Below, in pieces: positions 36,001 through 49,676 of a stretch of 64,000 bases of DNA (the stretch's first letter is position 1; every line of letters starts with the position of its first letter). Both the position numbers and the translations under genes were made by a program. The notes beneath the pieces are model-generated. The model did no database searches, was not told where the DNA came from, and saw nothing but the letters and a program-made list of their open reading frames with translations. Origin of the DNA: Paraspadella gotoi (Eukaryota; Animalia; Chaetognatha). The DNA lies in NCBI GenBank assembly GCA_051294375.1, contig CM119267.1, positions 6,472,367-6,536,366 of the forward strand, given 5' to 3'.

Positions 36001-39000
36001 GCCTTCGCCGAAGAGATTTCCCAGTTGGAGAAGCAGATGTCGGAGTTGTTGGCGGCGGCGAAGCGAAAGTCGCCCGCCTCTGATGCGACGTCGTCCGAAG
36101 GCGCGAGAGACGCCAAGCCACCGCCACCCAATCGGGAGCAGCTCGAAAAGGCGAATCAGATTCTCATCATCCGGAACGAAAAGATCAAGGAACCAATGGT
36201 GAGAAGCATGGTGGACGCCGACGCCGAGGAAAAGGCGTTTCTCGGGGACTGGAAAAATACAATGAAGGTTGGTAGTTTACCTTTGTTATCAAAGTCGGGT
36301 TAGTTTTAGTTCATGTAAATATAAAATTGGATGAAGCTGAAAGATTATTATCACAGTCAAAAAAAATCGTGCCACTTCATATCATCCTTTATAAATGACC
36401 CTGTGTACTTTGATTTTTTTTTTTAAGTCAAGTTTTTTTTAAAAACGAAGAGTCTATACGGTTAGGAGCAGCGATTTTTTTTAATGAGTGAAGAAATTTG
36501 ACTGATTTTCTTTTTTCTAATATTTTCTATTCTTTCTCGTTGATTAAATATATAAAAATAAAATTGTACTAGCTGGTCAACTTGATTGACCCACCCTAAA
36601 TAATAATCGGTTATTGAAAAAAGATTCTGATGCTTTGAAATAAAATTCGATTTTCCCATCTTGTTTTAGAACATTCAAGTTTAAAAATTGCTTCATATTG
36701 AAGTAATCCTTTCTTTTTCGTTGTTACTATTAATTAGAGAATTGACAAAGTTTTTGTTTGCAACGAATTTTATTTATAGTTGAACAGACATGTTTCGGCT
36801 TGTTTTACAAGTCTTCATCAAAAAAAAAAAAAAAAAAAATTGCTTCATAAGTCGCAGTATAATAAGGAATTGTATTTTCATTATGGAGAAGTAGTGCAAG
36901 GTAAAAAAAACCTCTGCTTAAGTCATCATCAGTGGAATAGAATTAACAAAAATAAAACAATTTTTTTTAAATAAACAAAAAAAATATTTTTATTCTTTTT
37001 AATTCATGGTGATGTCTCAAAAATATGTCACAATATTTGATGAAAAAATTTTTTTTTGTAATTGTACTTGCACCTCCCCTCCATAATAAAAAATACAATT
37101 CGTCATTGTTTATATTTTTTGTTCATCCTCTAGCAATGTATCATTTTTTGGGTTTTTTTTCCCCTCTTTTTTCTCTTAGGTCGAATGTCGCAATGACGTG
37201 CTAGAAGCCCAAGTTATTAGTGGTTTAAGTGGCGCAGGATTCGTTCCCCGGCGGAAATATAAAGGCAAGTACAAGCATAACTTGGAATATAGGTAAAATA
37301 TATGTTATGTTATGTTGTTACCTTAGTTAAATCAATCCTAAAAAAGTTCATCTCCTTTCGAAAATAAGGATAATTCAATGTAACTTTTTTTTCATTCCTG
37401 ACAGGTCCTGGTCAGGCGCTCGTCCGCAAATCATCAGATGCATCCAGCTCCAATCCGAACGAAATTGTGGAGGCTGTCCTCGACAAGGCCCTTAGTAGCG
37501 GGAAGGCCAAGCGGGAGAAGGCGGCACGAAAGGCGGAGGCCAAAAAGCAGGAGGCCGAAGACAAGACTGGTATCGTCATCGAAAAACTCTACAAATCTTT
37601 GAAGGAGGCCGAAGCTCATGGATTGCTGCAAGGCCTGGGCAAAGAAATGTTGAAAGAGTTTGCCATGGAGATTGCCGCCCCATCCTCTGCCGCCAAAAGA
37701 GGTGGGGAAGCCGCCCAACAACAGTCTGCCAAGCTTCCTTCGTCCGTCGATGTTCCTCACGGCGCGGGCAGAAAAAAGGAAGCCAAATCGACCGGCGCAA
37801 CCGCCGGTGCCGCTTTTAACCAAACGTCTAGTCAGAAACCTCCGGTCGCGAGAAGCACCGTCGCTCACGCGCAAGCCGCCAACGATTCCCTCGCCGGCAC
37901 GGTGTTAGGTGCCAAGGGTCAGCGATTCGCGGGCGCCGTTCCGACGGACACCACGAGGGGCGCGGCTGCCAATACACCGCTCAACCTAACGGGCGACTTG
38001 ACGAGCGGTTTGCTCAAGGGCCTATCGGGTCTCTTGCCCGGACTCGAGCAGACTCTCGACGCAGCCAAGATGATGAAGCCCCAGAGTGGCGACGCTATTC
38101 CCACGTCGAAACCCTACATCCAGTGCAACGGGAACGATTGGGTTGTCGGCACCGAGCGCTTTCCAACGCCCAAAGCGGCGGCGAATCCACTCGCGGCCAA
38201 GCTTGATGCCATGCAGTTGCTAATGGAGCTTAACAAGAAGAACCGTTTCGGCGGCTTCGATATCGAACAGCTGAAGAAAATGAGGCCGGAAACTATGGAG
38301 GCTCTTAAAGTCAACGCCCAAAGACCAACAAACGGAAACGTGGGAGGCGAAAGTCTCGGCGCCGGAAAAAGCGGGACCAACTCTTCCATCGGCATCAACG
38401 GCAGAAGAATCGCGGTACCTGTTAAGAAAGGAACGCAAGCTAAGGCCGCCATGTCAGCAGACCCCGCGTCGGTGGTCGCCACGCCTAACTCCGTAGGATT
38501 TTCGACGCCCCTTCAACCGCCTCAGCCAGGTCCCGCCCCGCCACCGTCACACCTTGCGCCAGCCCCGCAAACGCGATGCCCCACCTCTTCCTCTTCGAAT
38601 CCGAAGAGCTTGAAATCTAACAACAGTAACAGCAACCACAGCAACAGTTCAAAATCCGCCAAGCTCTCCTCTCAAACAGAGTACAGCAAAAACCAGCAAA
38701 ATGCCTCGAGCGCGAAACCCGCTTCACAACCAAAGAGCGGCTCCTCGACCAAATCCTCGGGGTCGGTCAACGGCCACGCCAAGCATAACGGAGGCACGAA
38801 CAATCCCTCAACTTCTTCCGCTAAACCCCAGCAAGCGGCGCCGAACGAGCCGACGACCTCTGCCAAGCAAAAGAATCACAACGCCTCTCAAGCGATGGCG
38901 CCCCCACCCGCCGCCTCTCAACGCTCAGTCTCCGTGGGTCGCGGAACGGCGGCCGCGGCGGCGACCAAAGCCACGTCCTCCTCCGCCTCATCGCTACCCG

Positions 39001-39368
39001 TCCCTCCAAACTCTCCATCGAGGAGCAACAATCGGGGCGGCGGAGGCGGGGCAAGTGGTGGTGGCGCCAATGGGGCCGCCAGCATCGCCTCCGTCGTCGC
39101 TAATCGGCGGAAGCAACGCAAGAAGAACAAGACGACCGACGACGCCGCCTCCATCGACGATATCTTCCTTCCCAAGGATGACAACGAGCTGGAGCTGAAC
39201 GACCTCGACGAATTCGAGAGGGAGTTGGAGACCTTCAAACGGTTCTGCGCCAACTCCACTCCGGCCGTCAAGAAGGAAAAGGTCAACTTTAATCTTAAGG
39301 ACATTTTCGTCGGACAGAATTCGGGCAAAAGCGGTGGCGGAAGCGGAGGAGGGACGCGCGACCTTTAA
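33001..39368 (+). CDS. FAM193A: FAM193 family protein
   Basis: Exons 33001-36267, 37180-37264 (GC donor) and 37405-39368. Motifs YCDCCYCELFGHN..TSKNFHEMRDRLRLRL, DVDTLVKFING followed by a charged coiled coil, and C-terminal IDDIFLPKD..LDEFERELETFKRFC. Confidence 0.88.
36783..36820 (-). ncRNA. 5'-truncated minimal hammerhead motif (Penelope-like remnant) in FAM193 intron 1
   Basis: Minus strand reads (T)TGATGA-A-GACTTG-taaaa-CAAGCC-GAAA-CAT-GTC-TGTT, abutting a long A/T run. Confidence 0.65.
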
Positions 39369-40961
39369 TCCTTGAAAATTGACGGCTTGCAACGAATAAA
39401 GGCGGCTCAGACCCGACATGAGCGTATATTTATGATGCTCGTTTTAATATATTCATTGCTATGTACCAATTTCATATTAAAGAAAAATAATCCGGTGGAT
39501 TTTATTATCAAGCTTCCTAAAAGTTACGTTTTCAATGTTTTTTGAACGTTTTGAATGACGCGTCATTTTTCAAGTTCAAACGTGGTTGACCTTCATTGAC
39601 TCGTATATCTTCATAATACCTTACAATGATACTAATAGTATGCATTGTCTGTAAGTAATTTACGCTTTTTAAACCAAAGTGTGCTTAATTAATGTTGTCC
39701 TTGGTTAATCATGTAGTCTGGCTCATTGCTCATAAAAGAAGACCGCCAAAAAATTGTTTGTACATGCTATGTAATTAATTCTGCCTTTTTATTTCTCGCT
39801 AAAAATCAATAAGTCGGTAATCTCATCGTAAAAGTTTTATATAATTGAAAGACCTAAAAATGAACTATTAAAACATTGTTTGAAAAGGACGGTCGAGCAA
39901 TGTGTGTTTGGAAAGAAAGTATCGTCTCCAGCAATGTTATGTCGCAACGTTGTATAGAGTTTATGCTTTTAGGGTAAAAAAAAACTTATTTGTTGCACGT
40001 CAATTCATGGTAATCGAGTGAATTTTTCATTTTTCATTTCATACTTCAAAAAGTTTCTTTACAGCTAATTATTTTGGTCTTTGCGTCTAATCAATTTACG
40101 TCGGCTAATGGATTTCATATTGAATTTCATTTTTTCGCAGTACTCGGCAATCGGCATGATGGACAATGACGGAGTTTGATCGTTCTGGCTGAAATAATTT
40201 TATTTATACCCAGGTTTTACTTGATAAATGCTAGTTCTTACGTGAAAAAAAACCAATTTGCCGACTTGGTTTGATTCGACGTTTTTGCCATTTTTGCCTT
40301 GCTAGTTTTTAACAGTTTCAGTTAGATAGTTTTATAATTCGCAATTAAAGGCGTTATAGTTTGATTCCTCAAACGTTTTTCCTCCCGTTTATTTTTTTTT
40401 CAAAAGTATATAGTCTAGTACATAGGTATATCGTCAAAATATGATTAAAAATTGTTGAACGAAAAAGTATGTCGCCGAATTATTAAAAAAAAATAAAATA
40501 AATCTGACACCTTAGCACCGCAAAGATGGGAAGTGAGATGATACTGATGATTCCTTATGCTCGCCAACCATCTTGTGTCTCGATGTTTGTCACCGAAACC
40601 TGAGGCAAAAAAAAAAAATGTGATTGGCCGGAATCGGGTATAGTTTTTTTTAATTCGTGCCTTTTCACATACGAAAAACGCGCAAAAGGTTTCTTCGTCG
40701 GCGCGCGGAGGCGCGTCGTCATTTTTACTAACTACTATTTCCTCTAAACGATGACCTTGATGATAGAATCCACCCTCAGTGGACCAGTTGTTTTTTTTTT
40801 TTTAAACGTAGTTTCTCTCGCAATTCTTTTTCCGCAGTCGTCTAGCATTCCTGGAATTACTTAGACTAAAAATGACCTTAATTTTGTGAGGACATTTCCG
40901 GCAAAGTTTGTTAACAAGAAAACTTTAAAAAAAAAAAACAAACTATTTTGTGAAAACAAAA

Positions 40962-43900
40962 ATGTTCAAGTTCATCAAACCTGGCACGCGAGGAGACAGC
41001 GAAGCACGTGTCAAACTGCAGAAAGAACTCTTCGCTTTTCAACGAACCGTCACGCATGGATTTCCGCATCGACCCTCGGCGTTGGCCTTCGATCCGGTGC
41101 TCAGGTAATTAAACTCCGCTTTTGACTGACGATGCTTATCTGTCTCGGCTTCTAATGCTTCTTACTGTGGTGACGTCAGGATCATGGCCATCGGGACCAA
41201 AGAAGGCAGCCTCTGTGTGTACGGACAGCCCGGCGTCGAATTCAGCGTCAATCATGATGACTGCGTCGCCGTCATGCAACTCTTCTTCGTTCCGGGAAAG
41301 GGACGACTCGTCACACTGCTCGAGGACAACACGTTGCATCTCTGGCAGGCGAGTCAACGCCGCTACTCGCCAAACCTTTCATATTCATCGAATTGATTTC
41401 AACAACTGCAACTGTCTCTTCTTCCAGGTGGAAACGAAGAATAACAAATGCTTGCTGACGGAGACGCGGAGTTTTTCTTTGGATCGGCGCCTGACAAAGA
41501 TCTCCGCCTGTTGCCTTCCGCCTGACGGACGACGCCTCTTTCTCGGCACCGAAGGAGGCAACGTCTACGTCCTCGGCCTGAACGACTTCAAGCTCCTCGA
41601 CCAAGTCATCTACCAAGACATCATCGTGCAAAGCCTCGCTTCAGATTGCAAGGTCGAGAGAATCAACGGAAGTTCAGTCGATCTTGGTCGACTCTCTCTC
41701 AATTTCTCTTCTCTCCCCAAGGTTTTGCCAGGCGCGGTGGAATCGATTGAGACTGATCCCTCATCGGAATCTCGTCTCCTAATTGGCTACAACCGGGGAC
41801 TCGTCGTCGTTTGGAGTTGCGAGGAGGGAAGGATGCTCAAACACTTCGTTTCCTCACAGCAACTCGAATCTCTCTCCTGGCACCGAAGCGGATCCAAGTT
41901 TATGTGAGAAAATTGAAGGATTATTTTAAAGATTCATTGCCGAATTTACGCGGCTCGTCTTCTCGCAGGTCGGCTCATAACGATGGCAGCTACACTCTCT
42001 GGAAGATGGATTCGGATAAGGCAAACGCACCTCTGACGCCTTACGGTGAGTACGTTGATATGAAATCTGACTAATGAAGAAGTTACCTTTATGCCGATGT
42101 GCTTGATTATCGTTCTAATCTTTCCTGCGACAGGTCCCTATCCTTGCAAAGCGATTAAAAAACTCGTTTGGTTGAACACGGACCTCGTCGATGACGAAGA
42201 AAACTACGACGATGAAGACGAAGACGAACCAGAGCCGTTGATGCTCTTCAGGTACAAATGAGAGGGAAAGAGACGCGGCTTTTAATTCTCGCTTAATTCC
42301 TCCCTCTCCCCTTAACTTATTCTTCAGCGGAGGAATGCCACGAGCTTCGTACGGAGATCGTCACACCGTCACCGTCAAGAAGGGCGACGACGAACACGTC
42401 GTTTTCGATTTCTCCTCTAGAATCGTCGATTTTTTTCACGTTGGGTGCGAGAAAATAACTAGGGCGATTTTTTTATTTACATATTTATTTATATTTATTT
42501 ATAAAATGTTTTGTTTTAAATTGATCGATCAGCGACGCGGAGAATGGATTGACGACGGCGCTCGTTGTGTTGGCGGAGGAAGAGATCGTCGCCATCGATT
42601 TGCAATCGGAAGGTAAAGTCAAGTTTTGTTTATTTTCGATCATTAGAAATAAACTTCTTTCTTTCTCACCCACCAGGCTGGCCGGTTTTTCGAAGTCCTT
42701 ACCTCTCCTGCATCCACTCGTCTGCCATCACCTGCAGCCAACACGTCGCCGACGTCCCTTCCTCTTTTTGGGACAAACTTCACGCGGCGGGCGAAGGGCA
42801 GCTTCTCTCTTACAGGTTGAGTCGCTCGCGACGGTCCATCTGTCCGTTTGCTAGTCGTTTACTCTTACTCTTTCCCCAATAAATCTTTCCTCAGCTCCCG
42901 CCCCTGGCCCGTCGACGGCGGCCGTAACGTGGCCCCGCCCGAATCGGCGACGACGCCCCGCGACGTGCTAATCACGGGTCACGAGGACGGCACCGTCATG
43001 TTCTGGGAGGCGGGAGGCGTCGCCATGAGGCTCGTCTACAAACTCGGCACCGCCCCCTTTTACAGTGAGCGAAATTGAAAATGGGGTGGGTGGAAAGAGA
43101 GTCTCTCTCAACTGTTCCACTGTAAAGATCCTTACCCAAGAACTTACCGTTTTTTTTACACGCGCATCTTTTCGCTTAAAAGTTACATGAGATCGTTAAG
43201 TACATCCCCCTTCCCCCCGCGCGCGGTAAGGCTGCGGTATCATCTCTCTATATGTGAAAGTCCATCTCTCTCTTAGCATGAAGCAAATTTTTTAAATTGG
43301 GCACAATCGCAATCTTTCTTCTACTACGAAATCACATTGACTTTTTTCACTAATAATATAACGGTGCAACGACACTAACAATGTTTTCCCAAAAGTTTTG
43401 AAAGGTTCCGTGATTCTTCTCCCCAGGCGAAGGAGAGTTACCTCCCGCTGATTCCGAAGAGGACGAATGGCCACCGTTCAGGAAAGTCGGTGAGTTTATA
43501 TTATAAACTTTATAATCGAGAATTATTCTTCATCATCCATAAATCCTGACTCGCCTCCCCAGGCTCTTTCGATCCTTACTCGGACGACCCGAGATTGGGA
43601 GTTCAAAAGATCGTGCTTTGCCCCTTGTCCGGAACTTTGGTCGTAGCCGGGACGGCAGGACAGGTTTGTTTGTTAACTTGTTTATTTGTATGTTTATCGT
43701 CGCCTTTCGTTTTGCCCTTCTTAAAGGTGTTTACCTTTTTTTCTTGCCTCCGACAGATGGCCATACTGAAAATGTCAACGTCCTCGTCGGAAACGACGCC
43801 AAAATCGGGAAACGTGAATATCGTCTCGGATCGAGAGTCGTTCGTGTGGAAGGGTCACAGCGCGCTGACCCCTTCGCCCGAGCCACTCAGCCTCCTCCCC

Positions 43901-46900
43901 GGATTCCAGCCCTCTTGTCTCTTGCAGCTCAGCCCGCCGGCTTCCATCACCGCGCTTGCTTTACACGCTCAAGTAAATCGGTTAATCGGTGAATTACTTA
44001 ACTGTGAGTTGGTTTTAACGTTGCATTTCGTTTTTAGTGGCAGGTCATCGCAGTCGGAACCGCTCACGGCTTTACTTTGTTCGATTACGTCCAGGCGAAG
44101 GAAGTTATAACTAAATGCACGCTGAATCCCAACCACATTTCCGGTAAACATTAAATATTTAAGTTATTGTAAATTTATGTAAACTTCAAAGTCAACGTTT
44201 CACCATTAGCAAATAACGACTCCGCGATGTCCCGACGAAAGTCCTTCAAAAAGTCCCTCAGAGAAAGTTTCCGTCGACTTCGCAAGAGGCGCTCAAAACG
44301 ACGGGGCAGCGGCGATTCGCCCACCCCTGGTCACAAGTCCCCGCCCGCCGAGAAGCGGACTACCTACCCACGAAGCCCGCCCTCGCCCTCGCCAGCAGAC
44401 GCGGTCAAACCCGTGGAGAGGGCGATCGAGGCGCGAGGGTTAGGCGTCACCGAAGACGGTGAGGGGGAAGACGCCGGACATTTCTTCTTTATTTTTATCA
44501 CTTTATCACTTCATAGGGATGGGCTCGATGGTGCGCGTACTTCAATTCGCTCAAACATTCCTGGCGTCCGGCCAATCCCATACGCCCACGCTCTGGGTGG
44601 GGACGAATCAGGGAACTATCTTCGTGTTTCAGGTCTTAACTCTCAAAGACGCTTTTCCTTCGTCTAACTCGTTGTTTTGTTCCGGTTTTTTTTTCGTCGC
44701 TAATAAGTCATTCCGCCTCTTCTTTCAGATTATGCTCCCGGCCGGCAGCAAACGCGACTCCATTCCGGTTCAGTGCCACCTCGGAAAAGAGGTTCAACTT
44801 AAGCACCACGCGCCCGTCATTTCCATCACCATTCTCGATGCGCAAGTACGCGACTTCCCGCTGCTGACTTAATTGCTCCGAGTTCTTTTAAACCTTTGGC
44901 TTTTCTCCCTTAAGCTCAATCCCTTACCCGCGCCGCTCATGGTCGAGAACAATCGCGCCAAGCCCGCGGACATGTCCAGCCACCACAAGGTAAGATGAAA
45001 GGAAAAGTGAATTTAGGCATAGGAATAATATATTGGTTATGAAAAAAGAGTTGGAAACTTAGTTTATTCCACAATACCGAATAGATCAAATAGTAAAAAT
45101 AGAAAAACTCATAAGTTAAAATCTCTTTCAGGTCCTCATCTGTTCGGAGGAGCAGTTCAAAATCTTCACCCTCCCGTCGCTAAAACAATTCAACAAGTTG
45201 AAGTTGACTGCGGTCGACGGCTCGCGGCTGCGGAAGATCAACGTCGTCGAGTTTCGATCCCGCTCCGACAACAGCTACTACGAGCATGCGGTCTGCTGCC
45301 TCACCAATCAAGTCAGTCGATTTTTTTCTGGTCTCTTCTAGTTCTGGGTTACCGAGCTGTGGATTGACATTTTTTCCTCCGCCTTTTTCGTTAGGGCGAA
45401 CTCTGCGTTTTCTCCATCCCTCAACTGCGTCGCCAACTGGCGGCCGACTGCCTTAAGCGCGAGGACATCCTCGGAATCTCCTCCACCCTCTTCACGAAAA
45501 ACGGACAGGTGCGACTAATTTTGGAGGGGTGGTGATGGAATGGTGTTTCGTTACCATGGGAAAATCCCTTTCGTAATTTATTTTCGTTTTTTCTTAGGGT
45601 TTTTATCTTTTGTCTCCGTCCGAGTTTAAGCGGTTTAGTGTTTCGGCGAGGTAAGTCACCCAAAACAATGATTAATTTGAATAATTTGAAAAAAAAAGTT
45701 TTATATTCAACTGACCGAACCAGGAACGTGACAGACGTAAAGTGCGTCTTAGAAATCGCGGAAGAGGCACGACCCAAGTCGACGTCACCGTCCACGCCGC
45801 CGCCGGAACCCACCACGCCAAGCGCGGGATCCGTCGACAACGTCGTGAGTTTTTTTTTAAGGGGTTGAAAACTTAACTTATATTTATTTCTTTTTATTAT
45901 TTTATGCTTTAACGTTATTTCCTTCAGGTCGAAGCCGACGAATCTGACGACGAACGAGACGCAGACGGCGGTGGCGCCGCTGCTTCTGGTAATACCCGTT
46001 TCAAGCCCGAATATTTTCCTCAATTATAAGAACTAAAAAACTAAAACTTGTTTTCAGGCGGTGCCGGCGGCCCCGAGGCCGAAGCTCCTGGAGGATCGGC
46101 GCCAACATCTGATGACCCCGATGCCGGACGCGAAAACGGAGGTGGCAAAGGCTCAGGGGGCGGCAGCGGCAGCAAAGGCGGCGGCAACGGTGGCGGCAAA
46201 GACGCCGATGCGGATCTCGATGATTTCCCGTCGACGCCGCCGACTCAGCGAGTATCTCCGTCTTCGTCCACACCCGTTGGTCACAAGTTAGTACCCTCCA
46301 TCTCCACCCAGAATGCTCTTTTTGCGTTTAGAATCATGTCTCATCTGCCCCTTTATTAACCAATAACCAAAAGTAACCACTAACCATAACCCTTTCCTCG
46401 CTACAGCGCTGTCGCAATCCAAAACGTGTCCTTGTCTTCTTCCTTCAACGCTTCCGCCGCCGACGAAACCCTCGACTCTGTCAGAGATTTCCCTCTCAAC
46501 CTCACTTCGTCCACGGCACAGCCGAGTATGAACTCAAATACTAATTCATTTTATAAAGAGTGTTCGTAAATTACATTGAAAGCTTGCCAGGTTCTGCTAT
46601 GGAAGAGAGATTGAGGCCTTAATCCTCCATAGGCATAGCCTGTCCAAAGTCAAGGGCAAGATGGATTGTTTATTGAAAGAATGAATAATTTTTACAATGG
46701 TCGTACCTATTTCATTGATTCGCGTTACCTTTTTTTTCAGTCAACTCTGATAGGATCACCGAAGAAGAAGCCGACAACGCGGCCAACGAAGCCGCGGGTA
46801 AGCGGGCGAAAATCGGTGAGATTTAAAAAAAAAAAAAAAAAATTCTCTTTTGCTTAAATTTTAAATTCGGAATTTTACTGTTTACTTTAGATCTGGCAAT

Positions 46901-48074
46901 TAGCAACGGACCAGTCGCGGTGACAACCAACTCGCACGACGACGTTTTCTCTTCGGAGCCGGGTCGGCGAGGGGAGTCTCCAACTCCGAACGGCGTCTGC
47001 ATCAGGGTGAGGGGGGGGCTGATAGCCCATTCGATGTTGGGGTTTTGGGTATCGTGGTTCCAACGTAATTCCGATCGTTTTTATTTTTATTTGAACTCAG
47101 GGAGAAGCGATCCCGTCCAGCGTCGCTACCATCGTTTCCGGCCTTACCCTCGCCGAACCTACCGACGGAGACACTTCAGGTTTTTTCTTTCTTGTTTTGA
47201 TAAAACGAGTGTATTGAGGGATTAAGGGGACCCAGTGATAAAAATGATATCNNNNNNNNNNGTTTTATTTTCATCCAATTTACAGAATCATTTTCAAAGA
47301 AAATTTAAATAAAATCAGTCGATACCTTAAATTTTGATTCATTCCTAGTTTTTTTTCTTATAAATTTTTATGATAAAAGCTGAAAATCTTTTTAAAATTA
47401 GATCTTACTCTTTTTTGGAAAAAAAAATTTTAAACTTGAAAAAGATTTTCTTCTTACCGATTTTTTAAAGAAAATTAAGCTGGCTGATTTTATCGAATTT
47501 TTTAACTACTTTCCCAAATGATTATAGAAGAAAAAATTATATGGTCAAAACCAGCTTAAGTTAAAGGGTCAAACGTTATGTTTTCAGCTTTTTACCCCCT
47601 CTGTTCACTTGGTCCCCTTAAGCGAGTACTGCTCCTAAATTCTTTTTTTTCTACCAAAAAAATATTTATTTTACCTAAAATACCTACGATCAAGTCCGAG
47701 CGATTTTCAATTCTTTAGTATGAACTCTTTAGCGAAAACAAAGTTTAGAGTTTGTACTACAACGATTTTTTATTTAACATGTTTATGTTAAATAAAAAAT
47801 CGTTGTAGTACAAACTCTAAACTTTGTTTTCGCTAAAACACCAAAACACAACGAAACGAAAGGAATACCACATTATAGTATGAACTCTGAATTCGTTGCA
47901 TTAGGTTCGGGACGAATTTGACCGCTTATGAGCAGCACACCAAAGAGATTATCGGTTCGATATTTCATTGGTCTTTGTTGTTTTTCGACAGGCGACTCGG
48001 GTTTGTCTTCTGAAACTGCGGTGACTCCCGCGATGGGTCCATCATTGGCGGCAGTGGCCGACGTCGCCGGCTGA
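40962..48074 (+). CDS. lgl: Lethal(2) giant larvae (Lgl) WD40 polarity protein, many short introns
   Basis: [98 protein letters not shown], and the aPKC-site cluster [21 protein letters not shown] (44227-44300). Last exon 47992-48074. Confidence 0.93.
47226..47617. mobile_element. MITE with TTAA target-site duplication (Kolobok/piggyBac-like) in the last lgl intron
   Basis: TTAA-GGGGACCCAGTGA ... TCACTTGGTCCCC-TTAA; contains a 10-N gap. Confidence 0.8.
47728..47837. repeat. Perfect 53-bp-arm palindrome with 4-nt spacer
   Basis: 47728-47780 is the exact reverse complement of 47785-47837. TAGTATGAACTCT is directly repeated at 47716-47728 and 47876-47888. Confidence 0.92.
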
Positions 48075-49676
48075 AAACCCCGACGACGACCTATTCGAGA
48101 AAAGAACTTCGTTTCTTGGACGAACGCTTCGAGAATTCGTTACTGTGCCAATTCGAATCGTTTCTCAGCTTCTCGGGCAGTCGACTCTGTTATAAAAACT
48201 CTCTCCAAAAATTTTTGAAGCCTTTTCATTTAGAAGCCGCCAAAAAATAAAAACTATCTTACCCAGAATTGTAGAACGTAGAATGACCTTACTGTAAGCT
48301 TTACAGAAAACTCCGGTGCGAAAATCTTTCAAAAAGATTTCATCTTTTTTTTACATCTTCGTTTGGTTACTGTAATTTTTTTCCCTTTCAATGCCATCTT
48401 ACTGTAGCACTGACATCTTTTGAAACATCGCCTAAAAATGAGCACTAATTTTTTTCCAGTTGACTTTGGGTTATTTGATCAAATTCATCATGTTCGTGAT
48501 TTTTTTATGCTTTTTATGCTGGTGCCTTAAGTTTTTTGTGAATCCAGGCTTTCTCGATAAAATCAAATGTGCAAAAACGAAATTCTGACTGTACTATTAA
48601 AATTCTTAAAAATATTTTTTGGGGGAATGTCATCTCGGGACAATTTGTACTTAAAAGTTGACAAATCCGTATGTGTCTTCTCTTTCATTGTTGCCCATTA
48701 ATGCCCATCTCACGTTTCTTTCTTCACTCATCTAGTCACCAAGTTCAAATGTAGAAACTTTTCAATTTTACGGTAGCCTTATCTTTTGGGAAAAACTACT
48801 TTTCCGCGCCTTTTTCTCTTCGAATTCTACGCCTTGCCTTTTCAACCGCAAACCGTAGTCGATAGTTTTTATTCGCATCGCAAGGGCAATGCATTTCTAT
48901 ATATTATACTGGGTGGCAAAGAAAGGCGTATTGATAGTTGTTAGGCTTTTTTTTCTTCCGTTTTTACTTAGCGTTTCATCTCTTTTACATTCTACTTCTT
49001 GGTATGAGGAGATCTTATTCTTACCGAGTGGACTTCAACGAATCGGTTCGATTCTAACGGGTATCAGAATTATTATTTCCTGGCTTACGCTTATAACTTC
49101 CAGCTTAATGATCGCCAGTATACTATGTTGTGAAGGCAAAGCCCCTTTAGATTTGTTGTCGTGGTTAGACAAGTACAATGTAATATTAGCCTTTCTACTT
49201 CGCTTATCAAGGTTGAAATAACCATTAATAAATATTACCTAGCTTACCCGAAATTTGACGGGTGAACGAGCAGGTTTGTTGAAGCTTTCACGGTTGTGGT
49301 TTATTTAACGACACTTACCATATCGCTCATACCATATTTTCTTGTTTTGTCAAATGCTGTATTCATTATGAATGAATTCCATCGTTTGTATAATGATTAT
49401 TGGTGTAATCATGTTACAATATATGTATTCTTATCCAGTTTTGAATTTTTTATATCCATTCGTCGCAGATTAAAACTGCCGTAATTTATGATTAGCCAAA
49501 TTCGATTAAATTTAAAAAATAATAAACTTCGGGTAAAATTGTACATTCACTGTTTAAGATCTACCAGTCAGTACGTAATATATAATAATTTTTGTTATGA
49601 AAATGGACAAAGGTTCGTGTAGTTTAAACTTTATAGCGTGTTAATTTAGGAATATCGTATGAATTGTCACCTTTGT

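Noticed and set aside
34648-36131. Long antisense and alternative-frame ORFs over FAM193, the GPCR exons and the 57-61 kb gene
   Set aside because: Expected shadows of GC-rich, low-complexity coding sequence with no independent motifs.
40962-48074. Tomosyn (STXBP5) as an alternative identity
   Set aside because: No C-terminal R-SNARE helix seen, and the N-terminus and [14 protein letters not shown] aPKC cluster fit Lgl.
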